This document shows positions 9,238-19,899 of a stretch of 64,000 nt of DNA, in pieces. The translations under genes were made by a program, and so were the position numbers. Position 1 is the stretch's first letter, and the number at the start of each line of letters is the position of its first letter. Source of the stretch: Candidatus Thiodiazotropha sp. (GTDB lineage Bacteria; Pseudomonadota; Gammaproteobacteria; Chromatiales; Chromatiaceae); the NCBI GenBank assembly GCA_040507035.1, contig JBEVVR010000034.1, forward strand, positions 28,589 to 92,588, read 5' to 3'. The notes under the pieces are model-generated. The model had not been told where the DNA came from and ran no database searches. It worked only from the letters and a program-made list of their open reading frames with translations.

Positions 9238-11805
9238 ATGGCTGGCAATATGTTGAAAGAGGTATTTAGACTGCCCAGACTCAACTTCCTGTCAAAGGGG
9301 TTGAGTGATGAGGCTCGCCTCGAATATGAACAGGGTCTGATTCGACTCCTTTTTACCTTTATCGTCTTTACCTATCTGCTGGTTTCCGATCTGACCAACC
9401 CCTTGGAAAGCACCCACTCCACAGCCACATTCCTCGCAGCCGGTTACGAGATTTTTTCTATCCTGATTCTGTTGACCTTTATCATGATCAAACAGGGATC
9501 AAGGCTACGCAAGATTATCACCATGTTGGGTGACCATTCGATGACTTGCCTGGCCATGTATGGTGCGGGTGAGGTTGGCGCCCCTCTGTTCACCGTCCTG
9601 CTCTGGATCACTGTCGGCTATGGCGCACGCTTCGGTAACAACTACCTCTACCTGGGCATGCTGTTATCCACATCGGGTTTTTTCGTTGTGATCAACACAA
9701 CTCCCTTTTGGTTAGAACACCCTGCAGTTGGTTACGGATTGATCGTCACCAACATTATCATACCGATATTTGTATCCAAGATACTCGGTCAATTGGTAGA
9801 GGCAAAGGCAACGGCAGAAGCGGCCAATCAGGCAAAGGGTAGATTTCTTGCGAACATGAGCCATGAGATGCGCACGCCCTTGACCGGTATCATCGGTATT
9901 TCACAGCTACTGAAAACCGAAAACCTGGCAAAACGGATCGAAAAAAAGATCGATACCATAGGCTCATCTGCGAAACATCTGCTTACCCTGATTGATGATG
10001 TCCTGGATTTTTCGAAAATCGATGCGGGTGAGATCAAGATTGAACATCAGGAGTTTGATCTGCATGCACTGGTAACCACCGTCAGCGCCTCCCTCGAGCC
10101 GATTGCCCGCGAAAAGCAGATCAGCCTGATGACTCATATCTCTACCGATGTTCCATTCAACCTGCTTGGTGACCACCACCGCATCCAGCAGGTACTGAAC
10201 AATCTTGTCGGCAATGCCATCAAATTCACTCATCAGGGCTATGTTGATATCAGGGTCAATCCGTTGAACACGGCTGACTCCAAGGTAAATTTACGCTTCG
10301 AGGTTATCGATACGGGTATAGGTATCGCACAAGAGGGATTGAAAAATCTATTTCAGCGCTTTAACCAGATCGACGACTCGATTACCCGGGAGTATGGCGG
10401 TTCGGGCTTGGGCACAACGATCTCCAAAGAACTGGTCAACTGCATGGGTGGGGATATCTACGTAGAGAGCACCCTGGGGAAAGGCTCTCGGTTCTACTTC
10501 GATCTACCTCTGGAAATACCCGATTCCGCGAAGGAACAGAGCTACACAGGACATACCACAATAACCTATACCAACAGCCTGCAGTTCTATAATCGGATCA
10601 ATCAACCGCTTAAGCTTTGGGATATAGGCAATGACGCTGTTAGTAGTGTTGAGGAACTGACTCACCATGTGGCAGAAACCACAGCAAATTCTGATCAACC
10701 GCCACTGGTACTCCTGGATGCGGAGCATATCGGCGAAAACCTTGAGTCGCTGACAGACAAATTAAGGGATGCAGCCAGTGACCAGGTCCATCTGATACTG
10801 ATCGATACCGACACTAGATTTCAGCCATTCGAGATTCCTCCAGGCATAGATGCCATCGTCTATGACTTGGAAAACCGAAGACAGCTCTATAACGCCATAC
10901 ACACCGCATTCCTCGACACCACGCTGCCTGAGGGTGTGCAGGCAATCGACAGCTGGAATCAATCGCAGACCCAAGAAAAACTGAAAATTCTTGTGGCTGA
11001 GGATACCGCGGTCAATCGCCTGATTCTCGGTGAGATGCTTACCAAGGCCGGCTTTGAAGTCGAGTTGGTCGAAGATGGAGAGAGCGCGCTGAACAAATTC
11101 GATGAGATTGATTTTGACTTGGCGATCCTCGATATGCAGATGCCGCGTATCGGCGGACTGGATGTCATTCGTGAATACAATGCCGGCTATGGTCTGATTC
11201 GAAAGATCCCTTTCATTGTGCTCACGGCGAACATCTCCAAGGAGGCGAAACTGCAGTGCCAGGAAGCCGGTGCCGATGCCTATCTGCAAAAGCCATTAGA
11301 CATTAAAGCGTTGATCAATGAGATACATCGCTTGACGGATCATGAAGACAAGATATCTGAAGCTCCAGCCGCTTACAGGAGCATCACCAAAACTACACCC
11401 TTTACCTCCAAATCGCCGCAATACCTGAATAGGGACACCCTCGACGAATTGACCCGGTTAAGCAGCCGTGATGACTTTTTCGAGGAACTGGTGAATAACT
11501 TCCTTACCGATGTCTACAGCTGTATCGACCGCATGGAGATAGCGATCATGGGTGCCGATATTACCCAGATCATCGACGATGCCCATGCAATCAAAGGTGC
11601 CGCCGGCAATATCGGCGCCACCCTTCTTTTCAACAAGGCGAGTATGCTGAACCGCTCCACGACTGAGGAAATAAGAAACAATGGAGCCTCACATCTAAGT
11701 GAGCTGACAACCATCATCGATAAAACCAAAAAGGCATTGAAACAGTACCTTGAGGATAATCACATCGAGATCAAGTTGATCAACCGCGAAGGACGCGTTG
11801 ACTAA
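9238..11805 (+). CDS. rpfC: Hybrid sensor histidine kinase, RpfC-like (TM sensor-HisKA-HATPase-REC-HPt)
   Basis: Multi-TM N-terminus with RpfC-like '[11 protein letters not shown]' and '[16 protein letters not shown]'; [13 protein letters not shown]; GGSGLG; REC 'ILVAED...LDMQMP'; HPt '[13 protein letters not shown]'. Confidence 0.82.
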   Translation: MAGNMLKEVFRLPRLNFLSKGLSDEARLEYEQGLIRLLFTFIVFTYLLVSDLTNPLESTHSTATFLAAGYEIFSILILLTFIMIKQGSRLRKIITMLGDHSMTCLAMYGAGEVGAPLFTVLLWITVGYGARFGNNYLYLGMLLSTSGFFVVINTTPFWLEHPAVGYGLIVTNIIIPIFVSKILGQLVEAKATAEAANQAKGRFLANMSHEMRTPLTGIIGISQLLKTENLAKRIEKKIDTIGSSAKHLLTLIDDVLDFSKIDAGEIKIEHQEFDLHALVTTVSASLEPIAREKQISLMTHISTDVPFNLLGDHHRIQQVLNNLVGNAIKFTHQGYVDIRVNPLNTADSKVNLRFEVIDTGIGIAQEGLKNLFQRFNQIDDSITREYGGSGLGTTISKELVNCMGGDIYVESTLGKGSRFYFDLPLEIPDSAKEQSYTGHTTITYTNSLQFYNRINQPLKLWDIGNDAVSSVEELTHHVAETTANSDQPPLVLLDAEHIGENLESLTDKLRDAASDQVHLILIDTDTRFQPFEIPPGIDAIVYDLENRRQLYNAIHTAFLDTTLPEGVQAIDSWNQSQTQEKLKILVAEDTAVNRLILGEMLTKAGFEVELVEDGESALNKFDEIDFDLAILDMQMPRIGGLDVIREYNAGYGLIRKIPFIVLTANISKEAKLQCQEAGADAYLQKPLDIKALINEIHRLTDHEDKISEAPAAYRSITKTTPFTSKSPQYLNRDTLDELTRLSSRDDFFEELVNNFLTDVYSCIDRMEIAIMGADITQIIDDAHAIKGAAGNIGATLLFNKASMLNRSTTEEIRNNGASHLSELTTIIDKTKKALKQYLEDNHIEIKLINREGRVD

Positions 11806-11909
11806 ATCTCCCATCCCACCCCTTGGTAGAAGCTGCCGTTGACCAGCCTCGGACTCGCATCACAAGGCACAAACAGACCTCTCCCTGCTGCAAATAATTG
11901 AATTGTGTT

Positions 11910-11924
11910 TGATAATTAGAATCA
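11910..11924. promoter_or_regulatory. Possible Fur-like (or LysR-type) palindrome upstream of the MFS gene
   Basis: TGATAAT-T-AGAATCA matches 12 of 14 positions of the 7-1-7 Fur consensus TGATAATnATTATCA. Confidence 0.35.
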
Positions 11925-11960
11925 TATAGATTCTCTGCAAACGACCCAAAAGGGGCTTTA

Positions 11961-13145
11961 ATGTCGAATCAGATCAATCGGTTCAAGGTATTGTCTGCAG
12001 GGGTGATCAGCCTTGTCTTGATGCTTGGGATCGCCAGGTTCGCCTACACCCCCCTGCTCCCCATCATGTTGCAGCAGGCCGGCCTGGGGCTCTCGGAAGG
12101 AGGCTGGTTGACCGCCATCAACTATCTGGGCTATCTCTGTGGCGCCATCACCGCTTCACTGATCAGCGATCTGGTAGTGAAAGACCGCCTCTATCGCATC
12201 GGTCTGATCGTGGCTGTTGTCTCCACGCTGGGCATGGGCTTGACGGATAATATCTGGCTCTGGTCGTTCTACCGCTTTATCGCCGGACTGAGCAGCGCCG
12301 CGGGACTGCTGCTGGGTTCAGGTCTTATCCTGAACTGGCTGATTCGCCATGGTCATCGCAGCGAACTGGGGATCCACTTCAGCGGGGTCGGCCTGGGTAT
12401 CGCATTCGGTGCCATTGCCGTTGAACTGATGAATCACCATTTCGACTGGCGCGGCCAATGGCTGATGCTGAGTTTGATGGGTGGCTTAATGTTAATCCCC
12501 GCCTGGCTATGGCTGCCGCCACCAGACAGCAGCAAGCTTACCAACACTGGGGAAGTGCTGGTCGACACCCCGCCCAGCCGCCGCTTTCTGCTGCTCTTCA
12601 TGGCCGCCTATTTCTGCGCCGGAGCCGGGTATGTGGTGAGCGCCACCTTTATTGTCGCCATTATCGATGAGCTACCCGGTCTCCAGGGATTGGGGGCCTG
12701 GAGTTTCTTCATCCTCGGTATGGCCGCGGCCCCCGCCTGCATCATGTGGGATCTGATTGCCCGCCGTACTGGCGACATAGACGCCCTCCTCATCGCCTTT
12801 GTACTGCAGACCGTCGGGATTCTGCTGCCGGTCATGGCTGCAACGCCCTCGATGGCGATGGCGGGTGCTTTGCTGTTCGGCGGTACCTTCATCGGCATCG
12901 TCAGCCTGGTCCTCACCATGGCGGGACGTTATTATCCCACCCGCCCGGCCAAGATGATGGGTAAAATGACCATCGCCTATGGGGTGGCGCAGATCGTGGT
13001 TCCGGCCATAACCGGTGTTCTCGCCGAGCGCAGCGGCAGCTACAGTGACGGACTCTATCTGGCAGCCGCAATCATGGCCCTGGGCACACTGTTGATGGTG
13101 GGCCTTAGACTGCTCGAAAACAAAAACAACTTTAACGTTACATAA
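11961..13145 (+). CDS. MFS transporter, YbfB/YjiJ-like
   Basis: About 12 hydrophobic segments; 'GIARFAYTPLLP' and 'NYLGYL.GA' motifs. Confidence 0.85.
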   Translation: MSNQINRFKVLSAGVISLVLMLGIARFAYTPLLPIMLQQAGLGLSEGGWLTAINYLGYLCGAITASLISDLVVKDRLYRIGLIVAVVSTLGMGLTDNIWLWSFYRFIAGLSSAAGLLLGSGLILNWLIRHGHRSELGIHFSGVGLGIAFGAIAVELMNHHFDWRGQWLMLSLMGGLMLIPAWLWLPPPDSSKLTNTGEVLVDTPPSRRFLLLFMAAYFCAGAGYVVSATFIVAIIDELPGLQGLGAWSFFILGMAAAPACIMWDLIARRTGDIDALLIAFVLQTVGILLPVMAATPSMAMAGALLFGGTFIGIVSLVLTMAGRYYPTRPAKMMGKMTIAYGVAQIVVPAITGVLAERSGSYSDGLYLAAAIMALGTLLMVGLRLLENKNNFNVT

Positions 13146-13217
13146 ACCACCCGCTATGGATCACTAAGTGAACTCCCTGCGACTGACACCCCCTCTCCCC
13201 TGTGGTCCAAGGCGCCA

Positions 13218-13254
13218 TGGTTTCCGGATAGAACCAGTGTCCATCCGGAAACCA
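13218..13254. terminator. Inverted repeat between the convergent MFS and cusF genes
   Basis: tggtttccggat-N13-atccggaaacca, a 12-bp perfect stem. Confidence 0.55.
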
Positions 13255-13290
13255 GATGGAAGTTGGTTGCTGCCGAGGAAATGTGGCTTT

Positions 13291-13662
13291 TTACTCACCG
13301 GTTTGCGCCGACTTTTCCAACTCCATGGCGGTAATGCGGAACTGTTTGTCCCGTCCCTTTTTTACCGTAAAGTTGACCTTGTCATTCTCTTTGAATGTAG
13401 ATAAATCCACCCGTTTTGTAACCGGCAGATCCATGGTCATCCCCATCCATTTAAGTTCCGGAATGGGTCCGTGAGTCAGATTGATTATTCTTTTATCAGT
13501 ATCAATTTTGTGTAGAACACCCGTCCCCACACCTTCACTGACACCGCTCGCCATATCACCATGGCCATGCATACTATGTCCGCCCTGGCTGTCGCCCAGA
13601 ACCGGCATGGTGAGTAACAGGCCGGCAAATACCAATGAGACAAACTGTATCGATTTTTTCAT
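13291..13662 (-). CDS. cusF: Periplasmic Cu(I)/Ag(I) chaperone
   Basis: Signal peptide; 'NLTHGPIPELKWMGMTMD' carries the His/Trp/Met/Met ligands; start after an AGAGG RBS. Confidence 0.88.
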   Translation of the reverse strand: MKKSIQFVSLVFAGLLLTMPVLGDSQGGHSMHGHGDMASGVSEGVGTGVLHKIDTDKRIINLTHGPIPELKWMGMTMDLPVTKRVDLSTFKENDKVNFTVKKGRDKQFRITAMELEKSAQTGE

Positions 13663-13675
13663 GCTTGATTTCCTC

Positions 13676-16600
13676 TTAAGGTAGATCGGATGAGGTTTCA
13701 TCCGCTTTGTGCGAAGTCGCTGCGGCAGGCGGCAAGCGGCGCGCCTCCCAGATCAAATAGATTACGGGGACCACGATGAGGGTCATGACTGTGGTGCTGA
13801 GCATGCCGCCTACCATGGGCAAAGCAATGCGCCGCATCACATCGGAGCCAGGCCCCTCAGTGAAAAAGATGGGTAGTAGACCGGCGATGATGACAGAAAC
13901 GGTCATCAATTTCGGTCTGACGCGCAAGGCGGCGCCAGCCATAATGGTGGCAAACAGTTGCTGCCGATCCAAGGGTGGAAGTGCGCGCGCCTGCTGATCT
14001 ATATAGAGCAGCATAACCACCGCGGTCTCCACGGCGATTCCACCAAGTGCGATAAAGCCAACCGCCACGGCTACGGAAAGATTATATCCGGCGAGATAGA
14101 CCGACCATAAACCGCCCACCATTCCAAACGGGAGCGCGGTCATCACCATCACTGTGCGATCGGTACGACCAAAATGGATCATCAGCAGTACCAGAATAAT
14201 GGCGACTGCCCCTGGAATGGCTATCTTCAACCTGCTCCTTGCCTCCAGCATCTGTTCGTACTGACCGGACCAGGTAATGGCATAACCTGGTGGCAAGCTG
14301 ACTTGTTCGGCCACCTGCTTGCGGGCTGCGTCCACATAACCCCCCATATCGCGCCCGTCAATATCCACGAACACCCAGCCGGTGAGCCTGGCATCCTCTG
14401 ACTTGATCATCGGCGGGCCTTCGGCAAAGGTTATTTCCGCCAATTCGCCGAGAGGGATATGCATTCCCCCTGGGGTGGGCACAAGAACCTCCGAGAGATC
14501 CTGGACCGATTCGCGGAAGGGCCGGTCGTAACGCAGGATGATGTTATAGCGTTCCCGTCCCTGCACACTCTCCGCCACTTTCATGCCACCGAGGGCGGTC
14601 TGAATGATCGACTGAAACAGACCCAGATCGATATCCCTTCGTGCCAGCTCGTTTCGATTCGGAATTATTTCAAGATATTTCCCACCGCTGACCCGATCGG
14701 CAAATGCACTGCGGGTCCCTACCACCTCCTTGACCACGGCTTCCACATCAAGGGCGATACGTCCGATGACATCAAGATCGGCGCCGGAGATTTTTATGCC
14801 GACCGGGGTACGTATTCCGGTTGAGATCATATCCATGCGAATCTTGATGGGGTAACCCCAGCTGTTGACCAGCCCCGGTAGCTTCACCTGCTGATCCAAG
14901 CGCTTGATCAAACCATCGATATCCATATCCGGGCGCCACTGCTGCCTCGGTTTGAGACGAATCCAGCTCTCTATCATGGATATTGGCGCGGGGTCCGTGG
15001 CGGTGTCGGCCCGCCCCACCTTGCCGAATACCTGTTCCACTTCAGGCAGGGTGCGGATCAGCCGATTGGTCTGTGCCAGCACCTCCTTGGCCTTGGTGAT
15101 GGAGACCCCTGGAAGCGTGGTGGGCATATAGAGCAGCTCCCCTTCATAGAGGGCGGGCATGAATTCCGAACCAAGCCTGGATAGGGGATACCACAGACTT
15201 GCCACCCCCAGCAGCGCGACAAACAGCGTGAGCCAGCGCATGCGCATGGAGAACTGCAGGATTGGCTTGTACAACGCGACGAAAAGGCGATTTAGCGGAT
15301 TGACCTCTTCCCGGCGAATTTTGCCTCTGATCAGCCAAAGCATGAGTATCGGCACGATGGTTACCGACAGCAGTGATGCAAAGGCCATGGCATAGGTCTT
15401 TGTATAGGCCAGTGGCGAGAACAAGCGGAAGCTCTCTCCGGTAAGCGCGAACACCGGTAGAAATGAGACGGTTATGATCAACAGACTGAAGAAGAGACCG
15501 GGGCCGACCTCCTTGGCCGATTGCAGAATGGCGGCGTTGCGCGCCTTTTGGGCCACCGAATCCGGCATGTCACTGAGCTTGCGATGGGCGTTCTCCACCA
15601 TCACGATTGATGCATCCACCATCGCCCCGATCGCTATCGCGATACCACCGAGGGACATGATATTGGCTGTGATTCCCTGAGCGGACATTACCGTGAATGC
15701 ACCCAGCACACCGAGTGGAAGGGTAATGATGGCGACGAAGGCCGAGCGTGCATGTAACAGGAAGAGGATACAGACCAGGGCTACCACGATTCCCTCTTCG
15801 ATCAGCTTATGGTTTAGATAGTCAACCGCACCCCGGATCAGAGGCGCCCGATCATACACGGAGCGCAGTTCCACACCCTCGGGTAGACCGCGACGCAGGA
15901 ACTCAAGTTTTTCCTTCACTGCCTCGATCACATTCAGTGCGTTCTCCCCGGAACGCATGACCACGATACCGCCGACCACCTCGCCTTCGCCATCCAACTC
16001 CACCACTCCGCGCCTTAGTTCAGGCCCCTCCAACACCCTGGCCAGGTCCGTGAGCAATACGGGGGTGCCGTTACGTGCCCGCACCACCACCTGCTGCAGA
16101 TCATCGAGGGATGTGACATAACCCCGTGAGCGGATCATCAGTTCGGTCTCGGAGCGTTCCAATACCCGGCCTCCCACCTCCATGCTGGCGGCCTTTACCG
16201 CATCGCGCACCCTGAGCAGGGGAATGTCATAGGCGCGCAATCTGTTGGGATCGATCAACACCTGGTATTCGCGTACAAATCCACCCACGGAGGCAACCTC
16301 GGATACCCCGGGTACGGTTGCCAGTTCGAAACGCAAGAACCAGTCCTGGAGCGCACGCAGCTCGGCCAGGTCATGTTGGCCGGTCCTGTCCACCAAAGCA
16401 TATTGGTAGATCCACCCCACGCCGGTCGCATCGGGACCAAGCCGGGGTGTGGCGTTTTCGGGAAGATCCTTCTGCACCGTCGCCAATGCCTCGGCAACCC
16501 GGCTGCGCGCCCAATAGTCATCCACACCATCCTCAAAGATGGCATAGACGAAACTGGTTCCGAACATGGAGAAACCGCGTACCGCTTGCGTCTTAGGCAA

Positions 16601-16870
16601 TCCCAGCAGGGTGGTGGAGAGGGGGTAAGTCACCAGGTCCTCCACAATCTGCGGTGCCTGCCCCGGAAAGTCGGTGCGGATGATCACCTGGGTATCGGAG
16701 AGATCCGGAATTGCGTCCAAAGGTGTGCGATCGATGGCGAGCAGACCCGCCGCTGCCAGGGCCATGGTCAAGATCAACACGATCAGCTGATTGTGTACCG
16801 ACCAGCTGATCACGCGGGCAATGAAGGAGCGGGAGGGATCCTCTCCGCCAATATCCCTCGCATCATGCAT
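13676..16870 (-). CDS. cusA: Heavy-metal RND efflux permease, CusA/SilA type
   Basis: DAIPDLSDTQVI, GPDATGVGWIYQY, GIAIAIGAMVDA, YMPTTLPG, RVRPKLMT. ATG 16870 follows GGAGG. Confidence 0.93.
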   Translation of the reverse strand: MHDARDIGGEDPSRSFIARVISWSVHNQLIVLILTMALAAAGLLAIDRTPLDAIPDLSDTQVIIRTDFPGQAPQIVEDLVTYPLSTTLLGLPKTQAVRGFSMFGTSFVYAIFEDGVDDYWARSRVAEALATVQKDLPENATPRLGPDATGVGWIYQYALVDRTGQHDLAELRALQDWFLRFELATVPGVSEVASVGGFVREYQVLIDPNRLRAYDIPLLRVRDAVKAASMEVGGRVLERSETELMIRSRGYVTSLDDLQQVVVRARNGTPVLLTDLARVLEGPELRRGVVELDGEGEVVGGIVVMRSGENALNVIEAVKEKLEFLRRGLPEGVELRSVYDRAPLIRGAVDYLNHKLIEEGIVVALVCILFLLHARSAFVAIITLPLGVLGAFTVMSAQGITANIMSLGGIAIAIGAMVDASIVMVENAHRKLSDMPDSVAQKARNAAILQSAKEVGPGLFFSLLIITVSFLPVFALTGESFRLFSPLAYTKTYAMAFASLLSVTIVPILMLWLIRGKIRREEVNPLNRLFVALYKPILQFSMRMRWLTLFVALLGVASLWYPLSRLGSEFMPALYEGELLYMPTTLPGVSITKAKEVLAQTNRLIRTLPEVEQVFGKVGRADTATDPAPISMIESWIRLKPRQQWRPDMDIDGLIKRLDQQVKLPGLVNSWGYPIKIRMDMISTGIRTPVGIKISGADLDVIGRIALDVEAVVKEVVGTRSAFADRVSGGKYLEIIPNRNELARRDIDLGLFQSIIQTALGGMKVAESVQGRERYNIILRYDRPFRESVQDLSEVLVPTPGGMHIPLGELAEITFAEGPPMIKSEDARLTGWVFVDIDGRDMGGYVDAARKQVAEQVSLPPGYAITWSGQYEQMLEARSRLKIAIPGAVAIILVLLMIHFGRTDRTVMVMTALPFGMVGGLWSVYLAGYNLSVAVAVGFIALGGIAVETAVVMLLYIDQQARALPPLDRQQLFATIMAGAALRVRPKLMTVSVIIAGLLPIFFTEGPGSDVMRRIALPMVGGMLSTTVMTLIVVPVIYLIWEARRLPPAAATSHKADETSSDLP

Positions 16871-16900
16871 CGATCCTGCCTCCACTGTATCGGGCACCAC

Positions 16901-18532
16901 TCATTGCACCGCTACTCCCCCGCTCTGATCGCTATAGGGACTGTACGGCTGCTCGCCCTGCTGCACCCATAGTCGCCCGTCGCTCTCATCTTTGAACAAG
17001 CGCACCCCTTTTTCCCGGTAATAGTCACCCCTGCCATCCAACAACCATGGCTGCAACGCACTGACCAGACGGTGCAAGGCACTGCGCAAATCGCTCTCCG
17101 TGCGCGCCTGCTGCGCCTCACCGATGGCCTGTTCGGCATCCTCGAGGATCGGCCCCAGCCGGGTCTGACCGAACTTCGACCACAGCATGTTGCGAATCTC
17201 ACGGGCAGGCTGCAACTGGTCCGGCGTCACATCGTAGCCGTCGGCCAGGGCCTCGTGGAGATAGAGACCCGCATCGATCAGATGGTCAAGCATCGCCATC
17301 TGCGTCTTGCTCAGGCTTAGATCGACCAGTTCAAGTTTGAGGCGCTGAAGTTTCTGAAAAGACTCACGCAGCGCACTCTCGGAATCGATTAGAAACTGGC
17401 CGGAGACGACAATGCGTTCATCCCCCTCTATACCTTCCACAACCTCGGTGTATCCGCCACTGCTCAGACCGGTGCCTACCTTGCGTGGCTGAAAACGGCC
17501 CTCGCCGAGGGCCACCACCAGATAGGGGCCATCGGCAGCGAGCAGCAGGGCGCTGTCGGGTACCGCCAGACGACGATCCATACCCACCTCGAAGAGCACG
17601 TCGGCATAGGCGCCGGGACGTAGAAGATTGTCCCGATTATCCAGCTGCAGCCGCACCGTACCGGTACGGCTGGATCGATCCACCGTGGGATGGATGTAGT
17701 CAACACGGGTCTCGATGATCCGTCCCGGTAGGTTGGGGAGCATGACCCGAACCTGGGTAGCGTCATCGATCGCGACCAGGTCCTTCTCCGCAACCGCGGC
17801 GTTGATCCAGACCGTGTTGTAATCTTGAATCACCGCCAAGGTCTCGCCAGGGCGGACATAGCTTCCTTCCCTGACCAGCAATTCACTCAAGGTGCCCTCC
17901 GCCGAGGCGTAAAACGGCACCCGTTCCACCACCTTGCCCTTTTTACGCAGACTGGTGATGAAGGAATCGGAAACACCCAGGGCACCGAGTCTGATCGCCG
18001 CGGATTGGATACGGCTGGTGCTCTCCCTCTCCAAGGCGCTGAGATAGTCTCTTTGCGCCGCCACCAACTCGGGACTGAACAGCCGGTAGAGCAGAGTGCC
18101 GCGTTTTACCCCATCGCCGACGGCGGTTACCGCAAGGGATTCGATCCAACCGGCCACCCTGCTCGACACTTCGCTGCGCAGGCGTTCGTTCTCCGCCACA
18201 ATGCCATAGGCGCGGATACGGCGGCCGAACAGGGTGGCTTGCGGAGTGCCGTAGCGCACTCCCATGTTCTGGATAGTCTCCGGCGCTATTGTGATCAGGG
18301 CGCGATCACCGGACGCCTCATCAGCTTGCAGATCCAAGCTCGGCCCTGATTCCATCTTCACCAAATCCATGCCGCAAATCGGACAGCTTCCCATCTCATC
18401 GGCGATATAGTGCGGATGCATGGGACAGGTAAACTTTGTCTCTGCCTCCTCAGCAACCACTGTCGCCGGCATCAGCAACATGACCATCAGCAAAGTAAGC
18501 GTTGCCAGGGGTAACTGAATCGGCATCATCAA
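16901..18532 (-). CDS. cusB: RND periplasmic adaptor, CusB type, with N-terminal heavy-metal-binding domain and C-terminal extension
   Basis: 'FTCPMHP...GSCPICGMDLV' metal-binding domain, MFP core ending 'VVSGQFLIDSESAL', and about 150 extra C-terminal residues. Confidence 0.88.
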   Translation of the reverse strand: MMMPIQLPLATLTLLMVMLLMPATVVAEEAETKFTCPMHPHYIADEMGSCPICGMDLVKMESGPSLDLQADEASGDRALITIAPETIQNMGVRYGTPQATLFGRRIRAYGIVAENERLRSEVSSRVAGWIESLAVTAVGDGVKRGTLLYRLFSPELVAAQRDYLSALERESTSRIQSAAIRLGALGVSDSFITSLRKKGKVVERVPFYASAEGTLSELLVREGSYVRPGETLAVIQDYNTVWINAAVAEKDLVAIDDATQVRVMLPNLPGRIIETRVDYIHPTVDRSSRTGTVRLQLDNRDNLLRPGAYADVLFEVGMDRRLAVPDSALLLAADGPYLVVALGEGRFQPRKVGTGLSSGGYTEVVEGIEGDERIVVSGQFLIDSESALRESFQKLQRLKLELVDLSLSKTQMAMLDHLIDAGLYLHEALADGYDVTPDQLQPAREIRNMLWSKFGQTRLGPILEDAEQAIGEAQQARTESDLRSALHRLVSALQPWLLDGRGDYYREKGVRLFKDESDGRLWVQQGEQPYSPYSDQSGGVAVQ

Positions 18533-19830
18533 CCCTCCTCCATCAAAAGCGCATTGATACTGGCTGCAGCAATGGTCCGTAACGCCCGCTGTTTCGCCAC
18601 ATCCAGTGCGATCTCGGCGCGCTGAATAGCGGGGCGAATGACATCCTCCAACGAACCGTCCCCCGCTTCGTAACGTCTCCTGTTGGCTGCCTCAAGCTCG
18701 CTCAGCCGTGCGCTGCGCCTGGCAAGCGCCGCTAACAACCTGTCCGCTGTACGATAGTCCGCCACGGCCCCGTCATACTCTCCCCTGGCCTCTCGCAATC
18801 GCTGATCCCGCTCCGCCGTGGCGCTGCTAACAGCCTCCTGCGCGGCATTCAGCTTCGGTCGCTGGTTTGAAGCGGCCCAAAGCGGGACCTTGAGGGTGAA
18901 CTTGAGGGTAAGCCAGTCATCTCCATCGAAATTGGCCCCGGACTCCCGTTGCTGCCAGGCCACGCCAAAGGCGTAATCGGGGGATAACCCGGCCCTCTTC
19001 TCGTTGACCTGGGATTGCGCCACTTCCAGTTTTCGCTGCGCCTGCTGAACCGCAATCAACTCCGTCGGCTGACCCGTCCAGATCCGGGGTTCGATTGCCG
19101 GCAACGGATCATGTTCCGGAACATTGTTGAGTAGTTCTCTCAACTCCGCCTGCCAGCGCATATCTTCACCATCGAGGCCAACCACTCGCTCCTCGATACG
19201 TCCGCGTCGCACATCCAGCTCATCAAAACGCGCGTAGACCGAGCTTCCCCCTTCCATCTCGCCGCGGAGCCAAGGCTCCAGTTCACTGATAAGGTCCAGT
19301 TGTGCCGCCAATGCGGTCTTTGACTCCCTGATCCGGCGCCGCTCCGCCAACGCAGTAATCAGACGTTTTTTCAATCCGGCCAGGATCTGCAGACGTTCCA
19401 TCTGCGCCGCATCGGCCCGTGCCACATGGGTACGATGCAGGGCCTCCCGACCATCCCCATTGGGTATGGCCTGTTTAAATTCCAGGCTACGGCTGCTTGG
19501 CAGATAGCGTTCGAGATCGGTGGGATCATCGACCGGCACATTATTCAACCCAATGGTAATGCTTGGATTTGGCAGACCCAGCGCAGCATCGGAACGCAGG
19601 GTCCATTCCCTGGCGGTCGACTCGTTCTTACGAACCGCCGGGTGTTCGCGCAAACGCTCCAGCAACGCCCCGAACAGTGTCGGTTCGGCATCAGCCGCCC
19701 CGGGGCTGGTGACCGATAGGAAGATCAGCGGCCACAGCAACAGACCATGGCGAAGGTTACAGCACAGTCCAGGTCGGTCTGGAATAGAATAGGATTTACA
19801 CGACAGCTGCATCGCGTTAAGACAGCACAT
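18529..19830 (-). CDS. TolC/CusC-family outer membrane efflux protein
   Basis: OEP-like helical repeats and beta segments ('PNPSITIGLNN', 'LTLKFTLKVPLW'); first structural gene of the cus cluster. Start uncertain. Confidence 0.78.
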   Translation of the reverse strand: MCCLNAMQLSCKSYSIPDRPGLCCNLRHGLLLWPLIFLSVTSPGAADAEPTLFGALLERLREHPAVRKNESTAREWTLRSDAALGLPNPSITIGLNNVPVDDPTDLERYLPSSRSLEFKQAIPNGDGREALHRTHVARADAAQMERLQILAGLKKRLITALAERRRIRESKTALAAQLDLISELEPWLRGEMEGGSSVYARFDELDVRRGRIEERVVGLDGEDMRWQAELRELLNNVPEHDPLPAIEPRIWTGQPTELIAVQQAQRKLEVAQSQVNEKRAGLSPDYAFGVAWQQRESGANFDGDDWLTLKFTLKVPLWAASNQRPKLNAAQEAVSSATAERDQRLREARGEYDGAVADYRTADRLLAALARRSARLSELEAANRRRYEAGDGSLEDVIRPAIQRAEIALDVAKQRALRTIAAASINALLMEEG

Positions 19831-19899
19831 GAAATTTCCCCAGAATATAATCGGCTCACAATGGATCGCCCTTGTGAACAGATGTCAGCAGAAACGAAA

